In this document: positions 12,072 through 24,299 of the stretch, piece after piece
Numbering within the stretch: the first letter of the stretch is position 1
How the letters are laid out: every line of letters starts with the position of its first letter
Origin: Protoeuglena noctilucae
Lineage: Eukaryota
DNA: 64,000 nucleotides
Direction of reading: 5' to 3'
NCBI GenBank assembly: GCA_958009085.1
Contig: OY253689.1
Location: 310,001 to 374,000, forward strand
The notes under the pieces: generated by a model
Told to the model about the DNA's origin: nothing
Seen by the model: only the letters and a program-made list of their open reading frames with translations
Databases searched by the model: none
Made by a program: the position numbers and the translations under genes

Positions 12072-13029
12072 ATGTACGAGCCAGGCCCGAACGGACCCCC
12101 GTTCGGCCCAGCCCAGGCCTCGCCGCCCAACGCCCACCTCAACCCCGCCCACACGGCCATCCCACCGGCATGGGATGCCCTGGGGTGGCAACCCGCGCCC
12201 AGTCCGTACACGCCGAGGCGCGCTTCGTGGACCTTCGAAACGTGGCACGAGAGGGTCTTTGGAGAGAGGCCCGAGGACAGCGTGCGGGTCCCACCGACCC
12301 CGGACCCCACGCAAGGGCACAGCATCCCTCTCCCCGCAGAGGTGCAGAGCGAGGGGGCGTCTCGCCTCTCCAGCATCGCTCCGGAGGCCTTGGTGGACAT
12401 CAGGGTGGGTCGCGACTCTGGCAACACAGCTGGCACGCAGCTCTGCCAGCGCACGCGCGCTTGGTGGCTGGATGTGCATGTGGAAGCAAGCATGTCGATC
12501 TCTGCCTCGGCACATGGCATTGGTATTGCATGCTTTCTGTCGCAGGAGGACAAGCGCCGGAGGAACGCAGAGGCGGCGCGTCGTTCGCGTGCCCGCAAGC
12601 GCCAGCAGATCGAGACGGTGGTGAGGCACAACGAGGAGCTGCAGCAGCGGACCAGGGACCTGGAGGCGACGGTGCTGGCGCAGCGGCAGATGATCCTCGC
12701 GCTGCAAATGAAACTGCGGGACGCCAGGTGCGGAGCGCAGGCTGAGCATACCTGAAGCGGTAGCCGATGAGGCCATGGCGCAGCGCAGGTGGCCGGTGGT
12801 GCGCGAGGGGGCGGGTGAGGATGCCGAGCCTCCGTTGCGCCGCAGGGGCGAGGCGGGTGCACACTGCGAGCTCATGTCTGATGACCCGACCTCGATGGAG
12901 CGCACTTCGGGTGACCTCGCGTCCCATGCCGGGGACAGGGTGCACCACCAGACGCACACCTCCGCCTCCAACGACCATACCGACGGGACTGGCGCGCCGG
13001 GCAGCAGCGAGAGCTTCTTGCCCGAGTGA
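12072..13029 (+). CDS. bZIP transcription factor (exons about 12072-12404, 12546-12727, 12789-13029; start codon uncertain)
   Basis: Basic region KRRRNAEAARRSRARK followed by a heptad zipper (IETVVRHNEELQQRTRDLEATVLAQ); phase-compatible GT-AG introns. Confidence 0.8.
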
Positions 13030-13071
13030 CCAGCGCAGCGTGCCAAGCGTGTTTGGGATCCAAGCCACTGC

Positions 13072-13076
13072 TGTAA
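13072..13076 (+). promoter_or_regulatory. Possible TGTAA (chlorophyte-type) polyadenylation signal of the bZIP gene
   Basis: TGTAA about 43 nt after the stop codon; short motif, could be chance. Confidence 0.35.
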
Positions 13077-13305
13077 CTACGTACCCAGCAACGAGGCGCA
13101 GCATCCCCGCAATTGACAACCGGGGGCGTCCGTACAACTACATCTGACGTGAGAGAGCGCACGAAACCAATCGAAAATGAGTTCCTCGATTGCAACAACG
13201 CAACGCAACGTGCGATGCGGCCGTACCAGCACTAAGATACAGCCCCGACCGTGGGCCCTTGAGGTTTGAATCGACTGTTTTAAATGAAGCCCTTCGCACT
13301 GCCCG

Positions 13306-14614
13306 TCACCATAGGATGGAGCAGCACGTGAGGGCCCCGTCGGCCTTCGCCAGTTCCCCCATGTCCAGCTCCACTGCATGCAGGCCACGTTCAGTGGCGG
13401 CAGCGACGATGGCGTCCCGCGACTGAGGGCTGACTGGCTGGAAGAAGACCGTCTTGCACACCCTGAGGGCAGCGGCGGCAAACGGTAGTTCACCAGCCAC
13501 GCGTCGATCGCAGCGGGAGCCCCAAGGGTCCACACCATCTTACAGCATGAGCTCGTCGCAGCTGCACTCAACAACCATTGCACCACAAACTTCACAGCCA
13601 TCTGCACAGCCAGCCGCCCGCCCTCACCTCAGCACGTTCGCGGCCAGCCGGTCCGGCACCTCCACAAACGTGATGTGCGCCGTGGCTGCCGGACCCCTCT
13701 TCCCCTCGATGCAGGCCCTGATGTGCGCCGCCACGTCCATCGGGGCTTGCCCGCATCCCCATACCACAAACGTGCTCTCGTCCATAACTGACACAATGGA
13801 CTTGAGGTGGAGCTCCCCAGGAGGGACTGGCACCGAAACGGTCTGCGTGGCAGCAGTGGGAAGGTGGGCATGGATGCGTGGAAGACAATGGGTTGTTGTG
13901 AGGGTGCGAAGGGGACAAACGTGTCTGCATCTCATAAGATGTCTGCGACAGAACTTATGTGTGGGGCACTATCGACCGTGTCAGTCGCCACCCACACCGC
14001 ACCTGGATGCCAGCGGACATCAATGCCCCCGCGAGCTGCCTGGCGCCCTCCTCGTTCGTCCGTGAGCTGATGCCGACCAGGCAGAGGTCGTTTACGATGA
14101 GCACGTCCCCACCGTCGACCGTGCCCTCCCCACCGATCTCCACCACCGCAAATGGGCCCTTGCTGCAGATGGCCTCCGCCACGGGTCCCACCTCGCCGCG
14201 TCTGCTCGGGTGGCCGGGCCGAGTGATCACCGCGACGTTGCCGGAAACGACCGCGACGTCCTCGACAAATACGCAGTCCGGGTGCCGGTCGTCCGCGGCC
14301 ACCTCCACGACGCTCGCGCCGGAGCCCATGGCCGCGAGGAGGCGCTCAACGTACGCATGGTGCTGCTGAACGCACTCGGCGAAGTCGATGCCGCCGGCTG
14401 GGCTCTCCTTGCTCAGGGCGCGCGTGATGGTGGACGGCACCGCGCGCACCTGGGAGAAGGGCGGGGATAGAAGCCATGGTTTATGCTTTCAACTGCATTG
14501 CGCGCTTGTCATGGTAGAAAGGATAAGGATGTCCTTAAACGGGCTTCTATCTCCGCGGCGATGCAGCGCACGACTCACGAGCGCGGTGCCGAACTCAAAG
14601 GGCTCGCGCCCCAT
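13306..14614 (-). CDS. DDAH: Dimethylarginine dimethylaminohydrolase (amidinotransferase superfamily)
   Basis: ALVRAVP, QHHAYV, HPDCVFVEDVAVV, ITRPGHPSRRGEV, VDGGDVL, GISSRTNEEG, LHLKSIVS, AANVLR, ELAKADGALTCCSIL*. Confidence 0.92.
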
Positions 14615-14878
14615 AGCCACGGCTTGATATGATCCCGTTCTCGCGATAGGAGGAAGATGCAATTGTTGTCTTTCGCTTGGGAAACAGACGCGCGATTTCC
14701 ACCCTCGAGAGCTCCTGTACCAGCCAGCGTTGGGTTCTACCCTGACAGAGCCCCGAAGTTCGTGTTCTCCACTTGATTTGAAAGGCTGTCTGTTTAGCCT
14801 GATGAAAAGCACGGTATCGTCAAGCGTCTGAGATCCCGCTGAGGCGCACCTGGCGCTTCATCGTGGCGGCCGAAGCGG

Positions 14879-17279
14879 ATGGCGGCCGTGCAGCACCGGG
14901 ACTGGGCGTTCCTCTCCCACAGCGACGCTGAAAAGCACGCGGCCGCTCTCGATGTCTTATGCCGCAATGCGAAGCATTCCAGCCAAGCCCTGGACCTCGC
15001 GAGCAAGTGCAGCGATCTCTTCGACACGATCTCTTCGACACGGGAGGCAGACGGCAACATCGCGTACATCGATGCGGCAGGTGCGATGCTAGCCATCGCT
15101 GGCGTTTATAGTCAGTCTCCTCGGGCCGCAAACGCCCTGAGATGGATTCGGTGGCCGCAGAAGTGAGCATGGATGATTTCCATCGCCGATTCGCGGCGTC
15201 GCTGCGGCCGTGCATGATTCGCAACCTCGCGGAGCGACCAGACGGTCCCGGCAATTCACCCAATCCCTGGCCGGCGCTGTCTCGGTGGATGTCGCCCCAG
15301 GCCTTTGCCCAGCACCACGGCGACGTGCCTTTCCGTCTGACCGAGCTTGCTCCCCTCTTTGGTCTGGGCAAGCCGATGCCTATCCGCGTGCCGCTGGGCA
15401 TGTACATGGGTGAGGACTGCGAGCGATGGGGCTGCTAGCGATGACTGAGCTTGGGCTGTGTGGCTGGGCCAGCCCTGCGCCTGCCGTGATGGCTGTGGGC
15501 TGCGCTTGTGCTGCAACCCAACCCAACAGGCACCAACCTGTGCTGCTTCATCCTGTTGCCTGTGCAGAGTACTGCCAAGCGAATGCAGCCGACTATCCAT
15601 GGTATGCGTTTGGGGATGACTTTGAGGGGGAGCGGCGGGCTCTGCTGGAGGACTACTCGGTGCCTGCCATGTTCAGGTGAGACCTATGTATCATTCGATA
15701 GTTGATATGCGCGTTTGTCAATGCCTGCGATGTTCAGGTGACTTGGGCATCAATTGGGGGACTTTTTGACCCATGGCGGTGCCGGTGCCGGTGTTTCCTT
15801 TGCTGGTGGTGTTTGATAGGCACCTGTGGCACTGACTGTCAGTGCAACAGTCGCCAAGCCAGCCCTCCATGCCAGTCAGCATGCGCATTGACCCCAACCC
15901 ACTTGCAGAGACGATCTCTACGACGTGACGCCCGAAACGCGGGCCTCCTTCCCCCGCTTCCGTTACATGGTTATTGGGGGACCAAGGAGCGGGTCTAATA
16001 TGCACGTGGACCCTCGCTTTACATCCGCATGGAACACCCTACTGGTGCGTGTGGCAAGCGTGTGCATGACATGCATGTAGTTGACGCATGCTGTGTATGA
16101 TGTCACGTTTGCATGGGACACCCTCCTGGTGCGTGTGACAGGCATGCATATGTTGTACCCGTCGCATGCTGTGCGTGCCGTGCCTGCACCAAGGATGCCG
16201 GGAAGCCATGCCTGCTGTGCATATTGGGTTGGCCGTGCGACCAGACAGCACAGCTGACATCACATCCCCTGTCTCGCTTCTCTACCCTTGCCTGCCCTGC
16301 TGACCACAACTACTCAGCCCCGCTTCACGCAGTGTGGTCACAAGCGCTGGGTGCTGTTCCCGCCCGGTGATGACCCAGAGTACCTTGCGTCGATCGGAGT
16401 GCCTTGCGACGTGGGCGGGGAGGGCATGGGCAAGACAGCGGCGCCGCCCGCACAGTGGTGGCTTGACACGTACCCGCGCCTGAGGGCGGGCGAGGGGGCG
16501 CGGCTGGGCATGGTGGAGTGCCTGCAGCGACCGGGGGAGACCATCTTCGTACCCGTGGGTGCGTACAATACATGGCAGGGATATTACTTTTTACTGGTAT
16601 TGAAAGAGATACTTTCCGTGACTATATCGGGTCAGGGGTGGGTGTTCGCCCCTCATGCTCGCATCCTGTCGCTACGTACAGTCCTATGCCAGCTATTAAC
16701 GTCTCTTTCCTCGTGTTCGTTCACCCACAGGGTGGTGGCACGCGGTGCTAAACCTCGACGGCACGATTGCCGTGACGCAGAACGCCCTGCTCCCCGCCAC
16801 GCTGCCTGCGGTGTGGGCCAGCTTGCGATCGCGGTACCCCAGAGTGGCTGCCCACATCCGGAGGGCTGTGGAGGGGCGCGGGGAGGGGTGGGAGGGGGTA
16901 ACGTGGGAGGAGGTGTGGGAGGTGGTGGGGTCAGAGGAGGGTGCGGGGGACGAGGGGGGTGAAGGAGGGGAGGGGGACGATGAGGACATCGGTGAGTGGA
17001 GTAGAGGGCTTGGCTGGTTGTGAGGCGACGTGTCGACGTTGGGGAGGTGGTTGTGCAGATGACGCGCGTAGTTGAGCGACGGGGTTGCTGAGGATGTCAT
17101 GTTAGCCACGGTGCCTTGACTTGATAATCGATTCTATCGCAGCAAGTCACGCTTGTGCATCTAACCCTAACCCTTTGCCACCTGCAGTGGTGGTGGCGTC
17201 GCGCGTCGAGGCGGATGATGCGGACGGGGCGGTGGGCACGCCTGTGGTGCTGGCGGGGGGTCATGTGGTGTATGTCTGA
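14879..17279 (+). CDS. JmjC-domain 2-oxoglutarate oxygenase (JMJD6/JMJD4-like), multi-exon
   Basis: [19 protein letters not shown] (HxD), [45 protein letters not shown]. The last exon (17188-17279) is inferred from a GT donor at 16992 and a ctaac/cag acceptor. Confidence 0.88.
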
Positions 17280-17512
17280 CGGCTGATATCAGCTCGTGTG
17301 TATTTGACACGCTGGTAGGGGTGTCAAGTTGCGTATGTATGTCTCACATGACCCCCTTGGTGTAGTGAACTTCAAACAACAGCGATGCAAGGTTTGTTTG
17401 AATAGCATCGACGGATCGCGACAGGACAAGAGATGAACAACGTGCGGAGGGACAACATGCACAGCACACCATAGACCCTTGTGCACCAACAACACCACCC
17501 CACGTCACCATG

Positions 17513-20500
17513 TTACGGGAATTTGCCCAGGTGGTGCGTGTACAGATCCTCTGCCCCCACCTCATCCAAAGGCACCCTCGAAAGGAACGAACTCCGGCCG
17601 CCCTTCGACATCCCACGCTCCCTCGACCCCGCACCCTGACCCTGACCCACAGCCTGGGACATCGGCTGTGCGTCGCCCACTCTCGCGCGACGGGGGGCGT
17701 TGTGGGCGGCGCTGGGACCAGGGACGTTGCCCTCGCTGCGGCGAGAGGGGCGGTCGGTCGGGGCCCGCAGCATGTCTTGTGCGTCCCAGTTCTCCTTGTC
17801 CCCTGCGGGATATGGGAAGAACCATATGAGGGCAATGGTTCAGAGTTCTTGATGACAATGCGACTTCACAAGTTGTGGACTCGCTGCTTCGTGCACAGAT
17901 GCCGTGCTGTGCCAACACACGCGTGGGAGTCACAGTCCGCAAGACATGTGTGGGGTGTGTACCCCACGCAAGTCTCACCGTCAGGGCTGGCGGGGGTCGT
18001 TTGCGGGGTCAGGAAGCGCTCCGCGTTTGGTGGGGACGAGTCGGGGTGACTGGCGAGGGGAGTGTACGTCCCCGATGCACGGCGGGGCACGCCAATCGTC
18101 ATTATCGGCGTGGCTTCGGGCACGTTTACTGGCTGCGCGGGCGTCAGTAGACGCGGGGAGGGGCCGGGCTCGGCAGCTGCGCTGGCCTGCTGCAGATCCA
18201 CGGTGATGTCGCGGCGGGCACGCTGTGGGTGAAGGCGGGAGGGGTCGGTGTGGGGAGCGAGAGGGGAAAATCCACCTTCCAAGCATTGTTCGTTGTAAAC
18301 AGGAGAGCCCTGCCTTGCTGTGGCAGAGCAGGGCCGGAGGGGTTGACGTCTAGGTGGCCAAGGCCAGTCCTGGTGCTGAACAGAGCCATGCATAGCAGCA
18401 GCAGCATTGCATCTTAGTAAATGAGCTGGCATGCCCCGTCACCTGTCGCAGCTTGACTTCCGGCGGCGCCGTGCGCGCGGGCGGCTCCCCCCATGACAGC
18501 GCCCCGTCCAGCACCGCACACTCGCGCGCCACCCCCTCATTCCCATCACCACTGTCTCCACCGGGGCGCCCCGAGTCGAAATCGTACTCCGCGCCGCGCG
18601 AGGGCCCCACGGGGCGCGCCACGAAGGTCGGGGAGGGCGGGGCGGCACGGGTGGCTGTGCTTGAAGTACCGATGTTGGTGTTGCTGTTGGCGGTGCCCGC
18701 CTCCCCTTCGGCGTCCATCCTCTGCCGGTCGGCGCGGGCGCGGAAACTCAGCGCGCCGCCGTCACGGAAGGCGATGGGCACTGCGGGGGGGAACAGGAGG
18801 TGGTCGGGCGCTGACGCACGGGCCACACGGCACGAAGCACAAAGCACGACGACAGGACCGGGTGGCCCTGAGCGTGCTTGTGACACCCTATAAGAGCGCT
18901 CCTTAATACACTTATGCTTCCACTTCGCTACTAGTCCCAACAGTCCCTTCCCAGCGAACTCAGCCACTGGCGCTCACCCGGCTCCTCCTCCGCCCCTCGC
19001 ATGGACGGCGGCGTGTCCTGGGTGAGCCCCACCGCCGCCATCATGCGACCCAGCCGGTCGAGTCCTATCACGTCTGCGCCCCCGCGGCCCTCAGCGTCGG
19101 CATCCATCACGCCCTCGGGGTAGCGGGGCGGGGTGCGGACGTCGGGCAGCGGGCGCAGCACGCTCGCACGCGGGGGCGAGCCAACCACCTGGCGGGGTGG
19201 CAACGCGGTCACGGCCACCAGAGCCACGTCAGCAGCGGCCGCCGCAACATCGGCATCGTCGCCCGTCGCCCCGGCAGCTAGGTCGGCGTCGGTGTCGGTC
19301 TGTAGCGTGGGCACGCGCTCTGCGCTCTGTCGCTGCGAGGCATGGGGATCCGAGTCCCGGCTGCGGGTCAGGGGGTTGCCCCCGGAGCTGACGCTGGTCT
19401 TGAGGGCCTGCGGGGAAGAACGGGCGGGTGCTGGAAGGCCGGCAAGGAGCCAGCCAAGGGCGGGCAGGCAGGCAGAAGTCGGTATGGCAGTGTGGCAGTC
19501 GGAGTGACCTACGAATAGCGAGGTGGTCAGACAGCATTGCTGGGACGGTTTCAGGCATCTCATCGTTGCCGCCTGCCATCTCTTCTCACCTCCACCTCCC
19601 TCCGAAGCCTGGCCACCTGGGCCTCCCGCTCCCGCATCCTCTCACTCTCCTCTCTCGCCACCTGCGCTTCCCGCTCCCGCATTTTCTCGCTCTCCTCTCT
19701 CGCCACCCGAGCCTCCCGCTCCCGCATCCTGTCGCACTCTTCCTCCATGTCAGTGAATGCCAGGGACGGCTCGTAAACGGCCGAGGGAGCGCCGAACGCC
19801 GCCGGGGCCCTCAGGAGGGACTCCTCACGCGCTTGCTCGAGCTGTGGGGTGGGAACGTGATTGGTATTGAAAACTGGCATCGATCACGCACGCGGGGATG
19901 AGGCAGTGCCCTTCCCTTGTCACCCCATCACCGCTCATTCCCCCACCACCCCTCACCTGCAACGCCAGTCACCCCATCACCCCCTCACCTGCGACGCCAG
20001 TCGCCTCTTCTCCTCCCCGGCCGCCCCCAGCGCCCCCTGCAGCTCCTCCACCACCACCTGCCGCTGCCTCAGCTCACGCTCCAGTGCCGCCGCCCGCGAC
20101 CGCGCCCCCGCCAGCTCCTCCGCCAGCGCGCGCGCCTCCCTCTGGCTCTCCTCTAGCTGCGCCTCCAACGCAGCGACCTCCTCTGCAGCGGCGCGGTCGG
20201 CCTCCCTTGCACGCTGGTCGGCGTACAGGGCGCGCTCACGCAGCAGGCGGGCGCTCTTGAGCTGCGGGGGGGGAGAGTGGGTAGCAGGGGTGGTTGGGAC
20301 CCAGGACACTGGTGTTTTATCTGTAGCACGCAAATTGTGAGCTCAGCTCGTCTCTCTGGGCAACAACCTGGGGTCTGGACCCATGCATAGGCAGACCACA
20401 CAGCTCGTGGCCTGGGTATCACCTGGGCCAGCTCCGTGTCACGCAGCGCGGCGCGGGGGATGGCCCGCACTTCGTGAATCTCCCATCCCAGGGCCTTGGC

Positions 20501-20978
20501 CCACGCCACATTGACCAAACCATGCGTCGGGCACCGCTCCCAGCATTCCCACGCCCCGAAGTTGTAATTGGCCACGCGGTGAGGGAAAGAAGACTCACGG
20601 ACCGCCTGCAGGAAGCGCCCCTCCGCGCCGAGGGATCGGAAACCGTAGTAACGCGGATCCTTCGCCTCCACCGCGAAGAGGCAGGCAAGCGGGATGCACC
20701 GGACGCGCTGCGGGACAGAAAGAACGCTATGTGAGACGTATGTGATGCTCGCAGCCGCGTCGGGATCGTACGCCGCTCGCGCGGAGGGTTCGCACAATTC
20801 GTACCTTCACGGCCCCCTCCGGAGTCGCCGGCCCGTCCCCGTCCTCGACCGGGTAGAGCTGCCAGTACTTTCCCTCCTGACAGGCCTTGAGGAGTCGTCC
20901 GCTCTCGTCCCAGAACGTGACAATCGAGCCAGGCTGGAGGAGGGTCGCCCTGCTGACAATCGCGGCACCGGGCGCCAT
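17513..20978 (-). CDS. Uncharacterised multi-exon protein: aromatic N-terminal domain, central coiled coil, disordered C-terminus
   Basis: Chain of GT-AG-bounded ORFs: MAPGAAIVSRATLLQPGSIV.., YGFRSLGAEGRFLQA..NFGAWECW, LEAQLEESQREARALAEEL.., and 15-aa repeats REESE(K/R)MREREAQVA. No family confidently recognised; 3' end uncertain. Confidence 0.6.
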
Positions 20979-21718
20979 TCGAGGCGCGGCCGGGCGATCG
21001 CGCGGTGCGCGGCGCAGCACAAGAGTCTACAGTTAGCATGGGATCAAAATCCAGGCGCGCGCGCGCTCGGCAGGGCCGGGAGTTTCAAGCTTCGCCACGC
21101 ACGCACTTGTGGTTATCGCGGACCGCGCTCACGGGCGCGGGCAGCGCGGAGGGCGCATCCGACTGGTCGATGAGGGAGCTGTCCGGGAAGCTGTCCATTG
21201 CGGTACCCGGCGAAAGGTCGCGAGCGCTAGCTCCGTGCATGCGAGCGGCTGGAAGGAGGACGCGGCCAGAGCAGCCCTTCGGCAATGGCGCCCGCTCCTG
21301 GGCGGATGGTTGAGTGCCACGCTGTCGGAGCTAGTGGCGCATTGCCCAGATTTTGACGCGTCCCTCGCCCCAGCGGTCAGGCGTGTGTCAGAGACTGGCG
21401 ACCACGCCCTGGGCGAAAGAAGGACTGTCTCGGCCGCTGAGCGTGTTCATGGATGACACATTGCGACCTATGATCCGAGCGACCCGTGGGGCGTTTCATT
21501 CTCCGTCTCCACCGTCCGCTGACGCAAACGTGCGCAAAGACGCTCCCCAGAGCGCTCAATTCTCCCGTCTCCTCCCGCTTCTACCGCACACGTGGGAGAG
21601 GGCGAGTCCAGGCCGCCCGGATGACGCTGGTGCGGGCTGCTGTACCAACCTGCGTCGCAAATAGTGCACACGGTTCCGTGCTCCGCCCCAAACCATCCCT
21701 CCTTCGCGCCGCTCGCAG

Positions 21719-22364
21719 GGGGCCGCTGGCGGCGAGACCTTTAATCGCGCCTCGGCGGTGCTGGCGCGATACCGCGACTCCCTCCCCGCCCTCGTGGTCC
21801 TCGATTTAGACTACACGATCTGGCCATACTATTGCGAGACACAGTCCACGCGAGACGAGCCGGCCTTCTACCCAGACGTCCCTGGAATCGTCGCGGCCCT
21901 GTGAGATGAAGCGCGCTGCAGCTCGCCTCTCCTTGCACGGCCAGCCTCGTGCCCGAGTCGCTGCGGCTCGCCTCTCCTCGCACGCCAGCCCAGCACCCAC
22001 TGTAACCCCATCTCGCTCTTGCTCTCTCAGGAAGGCAGCGGGCGTCCCGATGGCCGTGGCCTCAAAGACGCCTCGCGGCGACATCGCCTCGGCGCTGCTG
22101 ACCAAGGCCCGCATGCTCGACGCATTCCACCCCTTCGTGGCCTTCTCCTCGCACGGCAAGACGCCCCACTTCGAGCAGATTCGAAGCGAGACGGGCGTGG
22201 CCCTTTCGGACATGCTCTTCTTCGACGACGAGCCACCCAACATCCGCACCATGGGCCGCGCGGGCGTCACGTGTGTGCTGGTTAAGAACGGCCTGGACGT
22301 GGCTGCGCTCGAGGAGGGGCTCCGAGCGCACGCCAAGAGCCGACTCGACAAGGCCGGCTTCTAG
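21719..22364 (+). CDS. MDP1: Magnesium-dependent phosphatase 1 (HAD family); 5' exon(s) upstream not resolved
   Basis: LPALVVLDLDYTIWPYYCE (DxD), MAVASKTP, KTPHFEQI, MLFFDDEPPNI, GVTCVLVKNG. Confidence 0.88.
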
Positions 22365-22499
22365 TCTAGTCTACCAGTCCGCAGCTCTGGGCCCTCAGCA
22401 AAGGAACAGTGCCCGTTTAGTCGTCAAGTGCCGGCAGCACGGGTGCACAGTGCCCTGTGCGCCTCCATGTGTGCCACTAGCCCTTAGCAGGCATTTAGG

Positions 22500-23893
22500 T
22501 CAGCTTTGCCCTAGGTCCGCCGCCTCCACGTCGAACCGCTGCATGCACGCGGGCGCCAGGGCCGCGAGCGCCTGGGCAGCGCTGTCGGCGTCCGCAAAGG
22601 CATGAGACGTGACGCTCACGCCCGCCCGCTCCAGCTCCCCCGCGTCGCCCCCCATCCACTTGACCTCCCGCACGAGGCAGTCGGGCGACGTGGGGTCCGG
22701 GTGGTCCCTCCACTCCGCAAACAGCCGCGTCTCCCGAAGCCGCACCGACGCTCCGTCCACTCGCAGGAAAAAGCGCATGAGCACGAGGAAACACCGGGGC
22801 ATCACCCGCACCTTGACGGCGACCTGGGGGGTGTCAGAGAAACGTGGGGGTCACATGTGTGCATCTGCCACAGAGCATCAGAGGGTGAGAGAGGGGCATG
22901 AGGGTCACATGTGTGCATCTGCCACAAGGAGTCAAAGGCCATGCGAGATAGACGTGAGTGCAACCGTGTGCATCTGGCCCAGTGCGCTTGAGATCAGATG
23001 GTGTAGCTCAGCGCTTGCCTGGGACACGCCATTATCGTCGAGCTCAGACTCGAAAAGCGGTATCTCCGCGAACCACAAGATGGGGTCTCGGGCCATCAAG
23101 AGCTCACGGTTGATGCCGTGCTCCGAGCACTGCGGGGGTGAGGTGCATGCACAGGCGCTAGTGAACGCGTCCGGTGCATTGCACGCGTGCAAGCATATCT
23201 AGACACAGCCATCACAGTGACCCTTACTACAGTAATCTGCTTCGGCGCTCACTTTGCAAAACTCAGGAAAGCTTGATGACGCCTCATGACCCTCGTACGT
23301 GCCTGCATACCCGGTGGTGTAGGTCCAGTCGTATTGCATGCGCTTGACGTGCTCGTGGGCGATGTCCTTCTCCCGCGCCGCCTGCCACTCCCTCGCGACG
23401 GGGACCTGAGGTGCAAGGAGACGCGGAGAGTGGTCACAAAAGGATGGAAGACGAGGCTCGGGACAGAGGAAGTCGCTTGTGTATGCGAACGGGCACGCTC
23501 GCCTCAATGGCTGGCGCCTGCTCTCGCTGCCACCCGCGCAGCGCCCCGAGGGCATCCAGCCGGACGGTATGACCCGTCGGGACGTGGCGGAGCGTGAGGA
23601 ACGAGGTCGCGAAGACTTGTTCGGGAAGACGCAACCGGCCCCCGTGCCCCTCCGCCTCCAGCGTCGCCTCCAGCTCTTGCAGGACCGCGTCACCCTGCAA
23701 GCTTGAACGAAATCATGTAATGCGTCAGAGACGATGTGCGGAAGATCGTTACGGTCACTCCGGTGATTGCTACGTCCCCGCTCGTCATGCCGCAGCTTCG
23801 CACCGCGATGGGCCCCTTCTGGCCCCGGATCTCCCACGACGCGATTCGAATGCCGTCTCCGTCAGCGAAGATGTCGAAATTTGGGGAAGCCAT
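22500..23893 (-). CDS. TIP41: TIP41-like PP2A regulator
   Basis: LPEQVF, DALGAL, YDWTYTTGYAGT, DPILWFAEIPLFESELDDNGVS, VKVRVMPRCFLVLMRFFLRVDG..VRLRETR. Confidence 0.93.
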
Positions 23894-24299
23894 GGGCCTC
23901 AGTGAGAGTGAGGTGGGCGGAACAGTGGTGGGGAATGGAATGCCTGTTGTACGGACAGAGGGACGCTAGGAAACGGACCGCGCTACCGATGTCGATGAAC
24001 ACGTAAGAGCGTGCGTCTGGATGTGTCATATGTTGCAGATAGCCAGCATTTTGCTTGTGGGGTGGAGACCAGCGTAAGCGCTGCGCTAGTCTTGCGCTCA
24101 TCCGCCGCCTTGGTTGGGATACGGCGCTGCCTGGGCTTCCCAGAGTTGCCTGCGTATGAATTGTTGGCAGGGAACACCTTTGCTACTCGCGCGCGCCCGC
24201 CTAAGACACGGCATCGCAAGGGTCTCGCAGCGCGCAAGCTCCTGTCGCTGCTGGGGCCCCTGCCATCTTGTTTTCCCCATTTTCTGAGTGTGCGTGACG

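Noticed and set aside
17161..17174. CTAACCCTAACCCT telomere-like repeat
   Set aside because: Only two units, just upstream of a CAG acceptor; better explained as a branch-point region.
22848..22926. 25-bp direct repeat gggtcacatgtgtgcatctgccaca in a TIP41 intron
   Set aside because: Purely intronic and does not span a junction, so not counted as an echo; it supports the background tandem-duplication null model.
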